A stretch of DNA of 53,891 nt from a virus (lineage: Duplodnaviria > Caudoviricetes), in the IMG/VR virus record IMGVR_UViG_3300022844_000007, positions 1 through 53,891 of that record. One strand, given 5' to 3'. The notes beneath the pieces were generated by a model. The model had not been told where the DNA came from. It ran no database searches and saw only the letters and a program-made list of their open reading frames with translations. Below are positions 37,745 to 47,181 of this stretch, piece by piece. A program made the position numbers and the translations under genes. Position 1 is the stretch's first letter. The number at the start of each line of letters is the position of its first letter.

Positions 37745-38413
37745 TTAGTGAGAGGCGTCGTACATCTTAGCGAGCTGCCCATGCAGATCTTCTGGTGCAT
37801 AACCCGCAAACTGTGTCTGGTACGTGACCCAGTCACCTTTACTGTTGGACATACTCGTACCCGACACCTTCCAGATGGAAGAGAACCTATCCCCACCCGC
37901 TGTCGCGATGTTGGTATTCCAGGCGCGTGACGGACCCAACGCTGACCGGTTCATCATGAACTGAATAGGCTGCACCTTTTTAGTCTCAGGATCGATCATC
38001 GCGCAGATGTGCGTGTGCGTCTCAAAGATACCATGCGTTTCTTTCGTCGCGCCGATTTCTTCGAACTTAGCGTTCGCTTCTGCTTCAGTGCTGTACATAC
38101 CTTCGTACTGGCCACCGAGCTTCCGGTCTTGCCACACTGAGAACGACTTGGTGAACGAGATGTTGACCACGTACACTTCATCGTACAGCTCACCTGATAC
38201 TGAGTTGAGCAGCATGCCTTCTATTGCGCCCTCGATATAGGCTGGGTTTTTCGCTTTCACTTCTGGGGATAGTCCCTGAAGTAATTTGATGGTTGGACGA
38301 GCCACGTCTTCTTGACTCACGTTTTCGTTACCGCGGTTACTACCTACCTGTGACTCGGGTAGTTCTTGTGGAAACAGATCTTGTTTCTTTGCTACTGCTG
38401 TGTTCTTAGCCAT
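37745..38413 (-). CDS. Single-stranded DNA-binding protein (phage type)
   Basis: G.ENV..EDV..PTIKLLQ.LSPEV...YIEGA..G...NS.SGE pattern; replication module; followed by a terminator. Confidence 0.65.
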   Translation of the reverse strand: MAKNTAVAKKQDLFPQELPESQVGSNRGNENVSQEDVARPTIKLLQGLSPEVKAKNPAYIEGAIEGMLLNSVSGELYDEVYVVNISFTKSFSVWQDRKLGGQYEGMYSTEAEANAKFEEIGATKETHGIFETHTHICAMIDPETKKVQPIQFMMNRSALGPSRAWNTNIATAGGDRFSSIWKVSGTSMSNSKGDWVTYQTQFAGYAPEDLHGQLAKMYDASH

Positions 38414-38435
38414 TCGGATATATCCTGTGTTAAAA

Positions 38436-38831
38436 TTATTTTAAGATTCGAAACGTGAGGCTTTCACGCGTAAAATCACTACAACCAGGAACTTCAACGC
38501 CACGTTCGCGCAGTTCTTGGTACGCTGACTGGGTAATCTGCTTCATGAATATTTCAGGATTTCCTTCCTGCCGTATCCAGTCGTAGGTCGCGCCCCAGTC
38601 TTCCACGTTCGGTACGAGCTTACGGGAAACCGTAACGCTCGCTACACCCTCAGTCTTGGTTGCGTCGACGCCAAGGTCACGCATCCAGTTGAGGATGGTT
38701 ATTTTTGTTTCGTTGAATACAGCTTCTTTCACTTTCAGCTGCGCTTTTAACTCATCAACGATCATCTTTTGCTCTCGCCCAACCACTAACAGGTCGTCGA
38801 GATTCATGTTGTTGCCTGCTATTTCTGTCAT
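38436..38831 (-). CDS. Replication-module hypothetical protein
   Basis: Coiled coil then V.DW..YDWI....GVEVPG motif. Confidence 0.7.
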   Translation of the reverse strand: MTEIAGNNMNLDDLLVVGREQKMIVDELKAQLKVKEAVFNETKITILNWMRDLGVDATKTEGVASVTVSRKLVPNVEDWGATYDWIRQEGNPEIFMKQITQSAYQELRERGVEVPGCSDFTRESLTFRILK

Positions 38832-38986
38832 GCTATTTCCTTTTTCGTAGTTGCGATTCTAAGTTGTTCGAGAAGTTGAGCGAACTCTTGCTGGTCGCTC
38901 CACGTGTATCGAGTATCGAGTCCGTGTTTTTCAGCATCGAGTCTTTGCTTTAGTGCTAGTAGTTGCGGGTATACGGTATCTGTCAT
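38828..38986 (-). CDS. Small protein (52 aa; not in the ORF track)
   Basis: AGGAGG RBS; MTDTVYPQLLALKQRLDAEKHGLDTRYTWSDQQEFAQLLEQLRIATTKKEIA; stop overlaps the next ATG. Confidence 0.65.
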   Translation of the reverse strand: MTDTVYPQLLALKQRLDAEKHGLDTRYTWSDQQEFAQLLEQLRIATTKKEIA

Positions 38987-39170
38987 TTTTGTCCCTCCTG
39001 TTGTATGCCTTTAATACGGCAGGTAATACGATAAATTCATGGCACATACTGCAACAACGGCCCTCTCTGACAGGCTGTGCATTGTGACCTTGGTCCCAAA
39101 ACATTGTGCCGTCAGTTGTGTATTGCTTGTCGATGTGATCGTCGCAGATCACGCACACTAAGTCTGTCAT
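38931..39170 (-). CDS. Small zinc-binding protein
   Basis: CVIC...GHNAQPV..GRCCSMC. Confidence 0.65.
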   Translation of the reverse strand: MTDLVCVICDDHIDKQYTTDGTMFWDQGHNAQPVREGRCCSMCHEFIVLPAVLKAYNRRDKNDRYRIPATTSTKAKTRC

Positions 39171-39355
39171 TCGGGTTCTTCTCCTGGTCGGTTTGATTCG
39201 TAGTAGAAGCTAATGCTGGTTTCAAATTCGAACGTCTTGTCACAGTCGCCACAGCGCTGTTCATGTTTCATGTCTTCATCGTATCCGTAGCCATCGTCAT
39301 GACATATTTCCTGCCAGCAGTTGCAGAATGGGCATCGGACGTCTTTGCCAATCAT
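39167..39355 (-). CDS. Small zinc-ribbon protein
   Basis: CPFC...CGDC. Confidence 0.65.
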   Translation of the reverse strand: MIGKDVRCPFCNCWQEICHDDGYGYDEDMKHEQRCGDCDKTFEFETSISFYYESNRPGEEPE

Positions 39356-40719
39356 GACGTTTCCTTGTAGTTGATCTGTAGGATTTCAAGCAGGTGTTCC
39401 ATACGTTCGAGCTTGCCACCCAGCTTCTCGTACACATCGGTTTCCCACGTGTTGTTTGCCGCGACCATAATAGTCTCGGTTTTCATCGTCTGGCCGGCGC
39501 GGTATATGCGGCGGTTAAACTGCTGGAAGTGCTCGGCGTTGTACGACGGCGATGACCAGATGGTTGTAACAGCTTTCGTCAGTGTCAGGCCGTGTGCCGC
39601 GGCCTGCGGATGGGCGAATAACACTTGATACTCGCCGGCCTGAAACTCATCGACTATCTGCTCGCGTTTGTGGATGGGCACCTGACCGTCGATGACGGCG
39701 TAGGTGATTCCTTGGCTTTCGGCGAGTTTGATAAGTTGATCTCGCTCGTGCTTCCAGTTGAACGCGACCAGACTATGCTGTCTTGCTGCAACCAAATCCA
39801 TGACGAGCGCGTACCGCTCGGTATGTACGAGATGTACGTCGCCGAACTCGTCGTAGACTGCGCCGGTAACAAGCTGTAATAATTTCCTGACTCTCGCCCC
39901 AGCATGTACGGCATTGACGACTCCTTTAGTGGTGAGCAGGATTGACTCATCTTGGAAGTCACTGTAAATCTTCAGCAACTTCGGTGGCAGGTCGACGTAG
40001 ATGTAGTGCTCGGAGTGCGGCGGGATGTCGATGCAGTCCTCAAACTGGTGCCTGATAGTGATGTCGCTGATGAGAGATGCCACGTTAGAGATTGCTTCGG
40101 GCTTCTCTTCCCACTTACACATCTCGGCGCGTGGTCCTACCTGAATTCGATTGGTGTTTCGTGCGCGGAACTGGAAGAAATTTTTACCGAGTCGGTGACC
40201 GTCATCGAGGATGTACATTGGGTGCCACACATCAAGGATGCTGTTGCCGTTGATGGTGCCTGACATGAGCACGCGCCGTCTGAACTCTTGGGCAATAGCG
40301 TAGGCGGCTTTAGACCGTTTGGTGGTGCGATTCTTAAACGCGGGGAACTCATCGATAATGAGGCCGGTGAAATCACTCAGAAAAGTGGGGTCTTCCTTAA
40401 GTTCATTGGCGATCCACTTCACTGCGTCGTGATTGGTGACGTAGATGTCGGCGTCAGCCTTGAATGCGATCGCTCGGTTCTTGGCGTAGGCGATGCTGCA
40501 GGTCAGATCAGGTGAGAATTTCTTGACGTCGTCAGCCCATGAGGACTTGAGGATTGATAGCGGTGCTAGCACGAGCCACTTGCCGCCCAGTTGTCGGATT
40601 GCATCGATACAGCCGCGCGTTTTGCCGGTGCCAGGATCAGACGCGACAAGTACGTTGTTGTTGTTAGCAATGAATTGTGTGGTTTCGAGCTGGTGCTGGT
40701 ACGGAGGGAATTTTGTCAT
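39352..40719 (-). CDS. SNF2-type superfamily 2 helicase
   Basis: DPGTGKT, IIDE, MSGT, HGLTL, QF.RRIYRAGQ motifs. Confidence 0.9.
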   Translation of the reverse strand: MTKFPPYQHQLETTQFIANNNNVLVASDPGTGKTRGCIDAIRQLGGKWLVLAPLSILKSSWADDVKKFSPDLTCSIAYAKNRAIAFKADADIYVTNHDAVKWIANELKEDPTFLSDFTGLIIDEFPAFKNRTTKRSKAAYAIAQEFRRRVLMSGTINGNSILDVWHPMYILDDGHRLGKNFFQFRARNTNRIQVGPRAEMCKWEEKPEAISNVASLISDITIRHQFEDCIDIPPHSEHYIYVDLPPKLLKIYSDFQDESILLTTKGVVNAVHAGARVRKLLQLVTGAVYDEFGDVHLVHTERYALVMDLVAARQHSLVAFNWKHERDQLIKLAESQGITYAVIDGQVPIHKREQIVDEFQAGEYQVLFAHPQAAAHGLTLTKAVTTIWSSPSYNAEHFQQFNRRIYRAGQTMKTETIMVAANNTWETDVYEKLGGKLERMEHLLEILQINYKETS

Positions 40720-40836
40720 GTGTTGTGCTCGTCTAGTTGTCTATGCGTCTATGGAATTCGTGATCGAGAGGCGGGAAAATTTATTTGAGGCTGACCCTCA
40801 CCTGCGTGAACCAGCCTCCCGATCGGTTGAATTATA

Positions 40837-41079
40837 TCATTTACCCCAGCGAAAAGCCTTGGGTTGAATGTACATTTTTAGGATGAGTAGGCTTATGGAG
40901 ATGAACAAGCCACCTGCCATCGCGGCTATCATGCCGCCTAGTGTCCCTGAGAACACGTACATGAGGAACGCGGTTGCAGCTATGTCGACGTAAACGTCAT
41001 ACGCCAGTACACGCGCCATGCCCATTTTAAATAGCACTATGATGATGCCCACTGCTGACATGATTCCGATTGTGATCAT
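40837..41079 (-). CDS. Small multi-pass membrane protein
   Basis: Three hydrophobic segments in 80 aa. Confidence 0.7.
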   Translation of the reverse strand: MITIGIMSAVGIIIVLFKMGMARVLAYDVYVDIAATAFLMYVFSGTLGGMIAAMAGGLFISISLLILKMYIQPKAFRWGK

Positions 41080-41309
41080 TTGGTGCTCCTGATGTTAAAG
41101 TCTTCACCGGCGCGTGCAATATCATTGAAGTAGTGCCCGTGATAGGTGGATTCGGGGTTGTTTGAGTTGCACGCCCATGTTGCCCACGGCGTGGTCTTGT
41201 TGTGGCCGAGTACCGCTAGGATGATCGTGGTGTCGCCTTTGGTGCTTGACGTGACGATGGTGCTACCGTTTGGTAGTAACGCGCCTGGGTGCAGGTTTTT
41301 TGGGTACAT
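41076..41309 (-). CDS. Hypothetical protein
   Basis: GGAG RBS before MYPKN; PWATW...TYHGHYF motif. Confidence 0.55.
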   Translation of the reverse strand: MYPKNLHPGALLPNGSTIVTSSTKGDTTIILAVLGHNKTTPWATWACNSNNPESTYHGHYFNDIARAGEDFNIRSTK

Positions 41310-41505
41310 CCGTCTTCTCCGTCTTAAGTATGTCATTGAGGATCTCGTCACGCATCTTCGCTGCGCTGGTTCGGTCGAGCTTGGTGAGGATCTTAATGTC
41401 GCTTTTCTTCAGTTGGTAGGTTTCCCAGTACAACGCTTCTGGTGGATCAGTGACAATGTTGTATTTGACTGGCACTTTTCCTTTCGGGTAGTAGAGCATT
41501 ATCAT
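41263..41505 (-). CDS. Hypothetical protein
   Basis: Coupled ORF in the early/middle cluster. Confidence 0.55.
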   Translation of the reverse strand: MIMLYYPKGKVPVKYNIVTDPPEALYWETYQLKKSDIKILTKLDRTSAAKMRDEILNDILKTEKTDVPKKPAPRRVTTKR

Positions 41506-41687
41506 TCTGGTGTCACCTTAAATACCCTGCGTGTGCAGTTGGTGTTTTCGAACATTAGAACGTATTCCAGTTGGGTATGGTTTTGGTTCCAGTATTGGTT
41601 GCTCGTTCCTATTTTCATCATGGGTAGCCCCTCAACAAGTGGCGCTAACTCGTGGTCGGATAGGAATATTTCTTTTATGGTGTTCAT
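41502..41687 (-). CDS. Hypothetical protein
   Basis: GAGG RBS; ATGA coupling. Confidence 0.5.
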   Translation of the reverse strand: MNTIKEIFLSDHELAPLVEGLPMMKIGTSNQYWNQNHTQLEYVLMFENTNCTRRVFKVTPE

Positions 41688-43071
41688 AGAGCGCCTCGAA
41701 TAGTCGTTTTACGAGCAGGTATGGCTGTAGGAAGTCTACTGATTGTCCGAGGATTTCATGCGCAGTCGTCGTTGGTATTCCCGCCACAAGGCGCTCAGGG
41801 ATTGATTTGACTCGCGCGTGTTCGTCGGGAGTGAGTAGTCGTTCTTTAGTGTCGACGTCGGGTCGGATGATAAACGGCTCGGTGGATCGTCGTTTGTTAT
41901 AGTGCCGTCCGATAACTCCGCAGTGTGTTTCGTCGCCAGTGAGGAGTTGTCGTTTGGCAAATCCTTTACCAGCAGCAGCATCACGGACTGATTTATCTTT
42001 AAGATACTGATTTTCACTCCACATACTCTCATCGATCTCAGCACTAAGTAGATCCCGTAGGTGTATTTGTCGTTCTCCTTCAACGTTCGCATTTTGTACA
42101 GGTAGTGCAAAGTGTTCGGAGTGTAACGATGCGGCCAGTGTCTCATCGACAGCGACCAGCCAGTAGCGAGGACGTCTTTCGAATGTCCCTGTATGCGAAG
42201 CGTCCAAGATCTGCTCATAAGTTTTGTACCCGAGGCGTGTTAGCTCTGCTTTTAGCAGCGTGTAGATTGGTGATCCCATCGCTTCCGTTACGTTTTCGGA
42301 GATGATGACGGCTGGGTTCGAAGACTGGATAGCACGAACAACACCAAACAGAGTAGTCCCAGAGTGCTGCTCGGGTGTCTGTTTGTGTTTGACTGCTCCT
42401 GCTTTACTGAATCCGGCACAGGGCATACTGAAACTGAGGATGTCACAGTCTGTGTAGTGTCTTGACTCAATCTCTTCGACTGTTCCGCTGAGAATAGTCG
42501 TTGCATCAGTGATGGCGAAACAGTTTGTTCGCGCTGACTCAATATATCGTCCTTCCATTTCGGCAATGTATACGACATGGCTTTCTACTCCTGTGTCATG
42601 AATGGCTTGGTGTATGGCTTCGGTACTGATACCGCCGCCTGTGAACAGTGAAGCCTCTTTAAGACACCCCTGTTCGGTGTGGGACAAGAACTTTTTTGCT
42701 CGCGATTCTTTTGCTACCTCTTCGTGGTGCTTTTCGAAAAGTATTTTCCCCTGCGCTAGTGTCACCTTGATGCGAGTGCCAGGAGGGAAAATCTCAGTGA
42801 TGTTTGCTGACTGCAGATCGATGATCGGCATACGTGCGTCTGATCCTTTCCGTTTGCGGCTCAATACCTTTCGGTCGCCGCCGTAAGGCACTGTGCACTG
42901 CGGGTCTGAGTAGCCGGCGTGATCTAGTTGTATGGTTTGTTTGGGTATCGACCAGCTGACGTCGAAGTATGTGTTGGGTAAGAACCCCACGGCCTCTAGT
43001 GCTTTACCCTCAAGCCACACGCGAGTGCCGCGTGGTGTTTGTTTAGCTTCGGTGTATTTTATTTCTTCCAT
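41632..43071 (-). CDS. C5 cytosine DNA methyltransferase with N-terminal extension
   Basis: Motif I LFTGGG, motif IV PC (SMPCAGFS), motif VI ENV, R.R motif VIII, motif X LGQSV. Confidence 0.9.
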   Translation of the reverse strand: MEEIKYTEAKQTPRGTRVWLEGKALEAVGFLPNTYFDVSWSIPKQTIQLDHAGYSDPQCTVPYGGDRKVLSRKRKGSDARMPIIDLQSANITEIFPPGTRIKVTLAQGKILFEKHHEEVAKESRAKKFLSHTEQGCLKEASLFTGGGISTEAIHQAIHDTGVESHVVYIAEMEGRYIESARTNCFAITDATTILSGTVEEIESRHYTDCDILSFSMPCAGFSKAGAVKHKQTPEQHSGTTLFGVVRAIQSSNPAVIISENVTEAMGSPIYTLLKAELTRLGYKTYEQILDASHTGTFERRPRYWLVAVDETLAASLHSEHFALPVQNANVEGERQIHLRDLLSAEIDESMWSENQYLKDKSVRDAAAGKGFAKRQLLTGDETHCGVIGRHYNKRRSTEPFIIRPDVDTKERLLTPDEHARVKSIPERLVAGIPTTTAHEILGQSVDFLQPYLLVKRLFEALYEHHKRNIPIRPRVSATC

Positions 43072-43083
43072 TGCGGGTATCTC

Positions 43084-43281
43084 TTAATTAGTGATCATCG
43101 GCCTCCACTTGTCTTGGCTGTGGAGAAATGTTTTCTGCACGACACAGTCGAAGCATTCTCCACAGCCACATTTTGTAGCGTCGAAGATGCTTCGGTGTAA
43201 TTGTGACTCTGTTAAGTACAGAGGGCCGTTGTAGAACAGTTTGAAACGGATCGGCTTGTCAGTGTCATCCGTCACTGGCAC
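43084..43281 (-). CDS. Small Cys-rich protein
   Basis: CGCGECFDC. Confidence 0.5.
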   Translation of the reverse strand: MPVTDDTDKPIRFKLFYNGPLYLTESQLHRSIFDATKCGCGECFDCVVQKTFLHSQDKWRPMITN

Positions 43282-43861
43282 TGTTCATCCTCGTGTGCCA
43301 CATGTGTTGCATTGCGGTCACCTCAAATGCGGAGTCGTGTAACGCGTTGTGGGGGATAAAACCTTTTGGTTTCTCGGGCCACTTGATACCGCCGAAGAAA
43401 TCCATCCATGTACGAGCGTCACGTGGCGACTGATAGTGCCATGGTGCTTTCATGCTGTATCTCTCGAAGAGGTTCTGCATGATGGCGATGTCGAAGTGTG
43501 TCCCGTGACAGTACCAGAGTGCCTTGTTCAGGTTAATGTCTGGGAAGTCTGTCTTACAGGCGTCTAGGAAATCCTGTGGGTCGTTGGTGCCACCGTTTAA
43601 TACTTCTTGGGCACGGCCACTCTGCTCCGACCACCATTTCAGGGTGTCGTCACTGACGGTCGCACCGCGTTCTATTTGTTTGTCGACGTCGAATAGCATC
43701 TCGAAGCCTCGGTCGACTAATTCTTCGAACGTGTTTTGCTCGGTGATCTTGAAGGGTGTGATACCAACCGATAATACGACTGCGTTGTTCGCCGTGTCGA
43801 GTGTCTCAAGGTCAAAAAATAATCGTTCAGGTTCGGTGACTTCAACTTTCCAGTTACTCAT
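43265..43861 (-). CDS. DEDD 3'-5' exonuclease (exoribonuclease-like)
   Basis: DLETL, TLKWW..Q, G..FD, RDART, HNALHD. Confidence 0.85.
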   Translation of the reverse strand: MSNWKVEVTEPERLFFDLETLDTANNAVVLSVGITPFKITEQNTFEELVDRGFEMLFDVDKQIERGATVSDDTLKWWSEQSGRAQEVLNGGTNDPQDFLDACKTDFPDINLNKALWYCHGTHFDIAIMQNLFERYSMKAPWHYQSPRDARTWMDFFGGIKWPEKPKGFIPHNALHDSAFEVTAMQHMWHTRMNSASDG

Positions 43862-44612
43862 AAGCACTATCTCTAAAATCGCAAAGCTGTTGGATCTGCG
43901 CTTCGCAGAATCGGCAGTTGCTTTTGCTGGGGGTTGGTGGGAATTCGTTACTGTTGGTGATATCGAAACCGTACTTGGCGACGATAGGTAGCAGCTCCAT
44001 GATCTGCTTTCGGTTGTAGCGTTGTACCAATGGCAGGTGATTCCCGTCAGTCGGATAGATCACTGTCTCTACGAAGCCCAGCTTTGGGTATCGCATAGCA
44101 GTCACAACTGCATAGATCATTGCTTGTGTAGCATACTTGAACTTGCTGTAGTCACTGAACTTGCCGGTCTTCCAGTCGATGACTCTTGCTGAGTCCTCGC
44201 CGATGACACCGACGTCGAGGATGACACGTAGCCAGCAGTCTTTGTCGAAGAAGCCGCATGACGACCAGTCGGATCTGAAGCCCCACTGTTGTTCGGTGAT
44301 GACCTCGTCTTCGCTTTCTTTTATCTCGTCGATGTAACGCTGCACGCGCTCGGCGTTGATGCCAGGATCAGTGATCTCATCGATCTCACCATTGAGGTAG
44401 TCTTCACACTGCTTATGCACGAGCGTACCTCGGTTAGTAGCCTCGTTGTCTGGCGAGCGTACCTTGTCGACAACTTCGAACTGCAATTTCATAGGGCAGG
44501 TTTTAAATGACTCGTGTCTGGAGGCTGACCACGCAGTGATCGGATGGTGCTGTGTCTTGGCGATGATGACGCTGTTTGGATTGTTGAAATCGAATACTTG
44601 TTTGTCTGTCAT
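43854..44612 (-). CDS. PD-(D/E)XK nuclease, Cas4/RecB-like with Fe-S cysteines
   Basis: WSAS...TCP, RGTLVH, LD...IDWKTG, Q..IY, CRFC....C. Confidence 0.85.
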   Translation of the reverse strand: MTDKQVFDFNNPNSVIIAKTQHHPITAWSASRHESFKTCPMKLQFEVVDKVRSPDNEATNRGTLVHKQCEDYLNGEIDEITDPGINAERVQRYIDEIKESEDEVITEQQWGFRSDWSSCGFFDKDCWLRVILDVGVIGEDSARVIDWKTGKFSDYSKFKYATQAMIYAVVTAMRYPKLGFVETVIYPTDGNHLPLVQRYNRKQIMELLPIVAKYGFDITNSNEFPPTPSKSNCRFCEAQIQQLCDFRDSAYE

Positions 44613-47134
44613 TTAGCGTCCTCTTTCGGTGGGAAGGTATTAAGCGTTGAGCTTAAGGTCTTTATGTCTTGCGGCGATATGTATTGTTCAGTAGCTTCTT
44701 TCTGGGTCCAATCTTCGAACTTCCAGTTAACTAGCCAGCCGCGTTTTTTAACGCCGCTGACTTGTATCCGTTTGCCCTTGCCAATGATAGCGCCGTGTTT
44801 CACAAGCAGGCTGTTGAGTTTTGCTGCGGTGAGTATCTTTGGGAATATCACTGCGTAGATCGTTACTAACTCACTCAGGAAGATGCCTTGGGGTCCGTCG
44901 TCAGCACGTAGGATAAGGCGTCGCACTGCTATCTTTGCAGGTATCAGATACTCATCCATAAATCCGCCTGTACCTTCGAGGGTCATGACGTTGTCGATAA
45001 AGTAATCGAGTATGCCACTGCGTAAGCATCGGCAGAACTCATCAATGCTGCTCTCAGCGGTGAGTTGTAGCAGCCGCTTGGCATCGTTGTTGAGGCATGT
45101 CTTGACGAGGTTGTCGTCGGTGGCCACGGTGTTCATGTATTTGTAAAACAGTGCTATCTCACCTTCGATCTTAGGGTAATAGTCTGTCCTAAACGTAGGG
45201 TATAGCTGATCGAGCGGTACTTCCTGTCGGGGCGACACGTTTAAACGTCGCTCTTCGGTGGTTGGTATGTGTATCGAGTCATAAGCATTACTGAATATCA
45301 GTACGCTGCAGTAGGTTCTAGCAGTGTAGTGATCGGTACGCATAGCCCTGATCGTGGCGTTCTTCTCAGTGATCCACTCTCGTATCTTTGAGGCCCACGC
45401 GTCTTGGTTAGTCATGTTGCCCATCTTGAACTCGTCGAGCACCAGTATGATGTTCTCCGCTAAGAACTTGTCGAACATGTCTTCTGATTTTTTCAGGACG
45501 GTGACATCTAGGATTGGTTTGATGATGTCATCAAAAAGTAACGCTTTACCTGTGCCTTGGTTACCGGTGATAACCCACGCTGTTTGTGCTTTGTCTCTGT
45601 GTTGTATGACCCATGCTAACCAATGTATGAAGTGGCAGTATTCCTTTTCACTGTTACCTAACACGTGGTAGATGACCTTGTGTATTGTTGGGCAGTAATC
45701 TGCGAGGTTCATCGCCTCAGAGTGTCTGATGAACGGCACGTCGCTGAGTTTTTCATTATCAATAATGTACTTTGATGGGCGGTACTTGTTAACCCATCCG
45801 ATGTCGTCTGTTTCGGTCGAATCGTTCCACCCTTCGGGTATCGTTGGGTTGTACTCGTAGTGCATAGGTGGGATGACGTCAGGTAATTCGTCGCCGAAAT
45901 TTTCCATCCAGTCAGCGAGGTCACCTTTCTTCGCCTCCTCACACTTGACGATGGTATTCGTCGTCGTGTTACGTAGTCCGTTATAGTGCCCACCAGTGTT
46001 GAAGTCACGGAATACGAACGGCTTGCGATTGCCGAGTGCTATCTGCACATCGTCGGTGTCGTTGCTGCCTTCAGTTGCGAGGCTTTGTAAAAACTGTGCG
46101 TGAAAGTCGGGGTCTGCTTTCTTCATGCTGAACGAAGGTTCGTCCTTGAAGTTGTGGACCATGTCTGGGTTGTCGAGGAATGCGTAATACGCACCGCTGT
46201 CGCCGTTGTTAATGTTGAAGTAGGCGAAGCCTTTTTCATAGTCGACTCGCAGCGGTGAGATCCGCATGGGGTCTGGGTTATCGATGATTTTATATTCGAT
46301 GCCATCGCGCATGGCACTGCGTAGCTTTGCGGTTGACGCAGGGTAACCTGCATCAGCGCGTAATTTTCTTACGACGTTGTTGATGTCGTTGATGAGTTTG
46401 CCGTGGGTTATGAAGCTCAACATCTTCTTGGAGGGGAGTGTTTGCTTGTCTTTTGACACGAGGATAATGCGTTGCTTAATAAACTCATCGCGCTTGTCGG
46501 CGAACATAGGCGCAGCGATGTAGATGAGCCGCGTGTTCTCAGCCATCTTAATGTCGACTGGATAGTGCAGTGTCTTACCGTTGTTGCTGAGTGTCAGTTG
46601 AGACTGAATGTCATCGACTAGGTTAAGGTCGATAAGAATATCTTTCTGTGCGCCAGGATCGATGGCCTTGTCTAGCATGAAGAAAATATGCAGTGCTAAT
46701 TCTTCAGGGTCTTTCATGCCAAGCGACGCTGACGCTTGCACGATATATGACACGTTGTGGTATAGCTCTGGCAGCATGGCGATGAGTGCTTCGGCGTAGT
46801 CAATGAGACGCGCCTTGCTGATAGGTGTTTTTACCTTGATACCTGCGGCCTGTATACCGTCGAAATCGAGCACGAGTATTTTGTTAGGTTCGATCGTTTT
46901 TGTTTTGCCGGCGCGTGATTCGTTGATCAGCGGTTCTGTTAACTCACCCTTGAGGAAACATCGGTTGAGCTTGGCGTTGTCGACGATGGCGTCGTACATC
47001 TCGGTAATATTTTTTACTGTGATAATGTTGGAGCTTAGATTTTTAACGAGGGGGTAGGGTTTGATTGAGCCGTCTGCCGCGAACTGTTTTGTTAGTGGGA
47101 CTGTTGCGTGCTCAAGAAATGTTAGTGTGGTCAC
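44609..47134 (-). CDS. Primase-helicase (AEP-like N-terminus, SF3/DUF5906-like C-terminus)
   Basis: LVLDFD and HIFF primase motifs; G.QGTGK Walker A, LVLDE Walker B, IFSN, RR. Confidence 0.8.
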   Translation of the reverse strand: MTTLTFLEHATVPLTKQFAADGSIKPYPLVKNLSSNIITVKNITEMYDAIVDNAKLNRCFLKGELTEPLINESRAGKTKTIEPNKILVLDFDGIQAAGIKVKTPISKARLIDYAEALIAMLPELYHNVSYIVQASASLGMKDPEELALHIFFMLDKAIDPGAQKDILIDLNLVDDIQSQLTLSNNGKTLHYPVDIKMAENTRLIYIAAPMFADKRDEFIKQRIILVSKDKQTLPSKKMLSFITHGKLINDINNVVRKLRADAGYPASTAKLRSAMRDGIEYKIIDNPDPMRISPLRVDYEKGFAYFNINNGDSGAYYAFLDNPDMVHNFKDEPSFSMKKADPDFHAQFLQSLATEGSNDTDDVQIALGNRKPFVFRDFNTGGHYNGLRNTTTNTIVKCEEAKKGDLADWMENFGDELPDVIPPMHYEYNPTIPEGWNDSTETDDIGWVNKYRPSKYIIDNEKLSDVPFIRHSEAMNLADYCPTIHKVIYHVLGNSEKEYCHFIHWLAWVIQHRDKAQTAWVITGNQGTGKALLFDDIIKPILDVTVLKKSEDMFDKFLAENIILVLDEFKMGNMTNQDAWASKIREWITEKNATIRAMRTDHYTARTYCSVLIFSNAYDSIHIPTTEERRLNVSPRQEVPLDQLYPTFRTDYYPKIEGEIALFYKYMNTVATDDNLVKTCLNNDAKRLLQLTAESSIDEFCRCLRSGILDYFIDNVMTLEGTGGFMDEYLIPAKIAVRRLILRADDGPQGIFLSELVTIYAVIFPKILTAAKLNSLLVKHGAIIGKGKRIQVSGVKKRGWLVNWKFEDWTQKEATEQYISPQDIKTLSSTLNTFPPKEDAK

Positions 47135-47181
47135 AGGCGTCCTTCAGTCAGCTTTTTTAGTGGTGGGTCTACAAGTATAGC

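Noticed and set aside
43854-44612. Cas4 as part of a CRISPR-Cas locus
   Set aside because: No cas1/cas2 or array; solo Cas4-like nucleases are normal in phage replication modules
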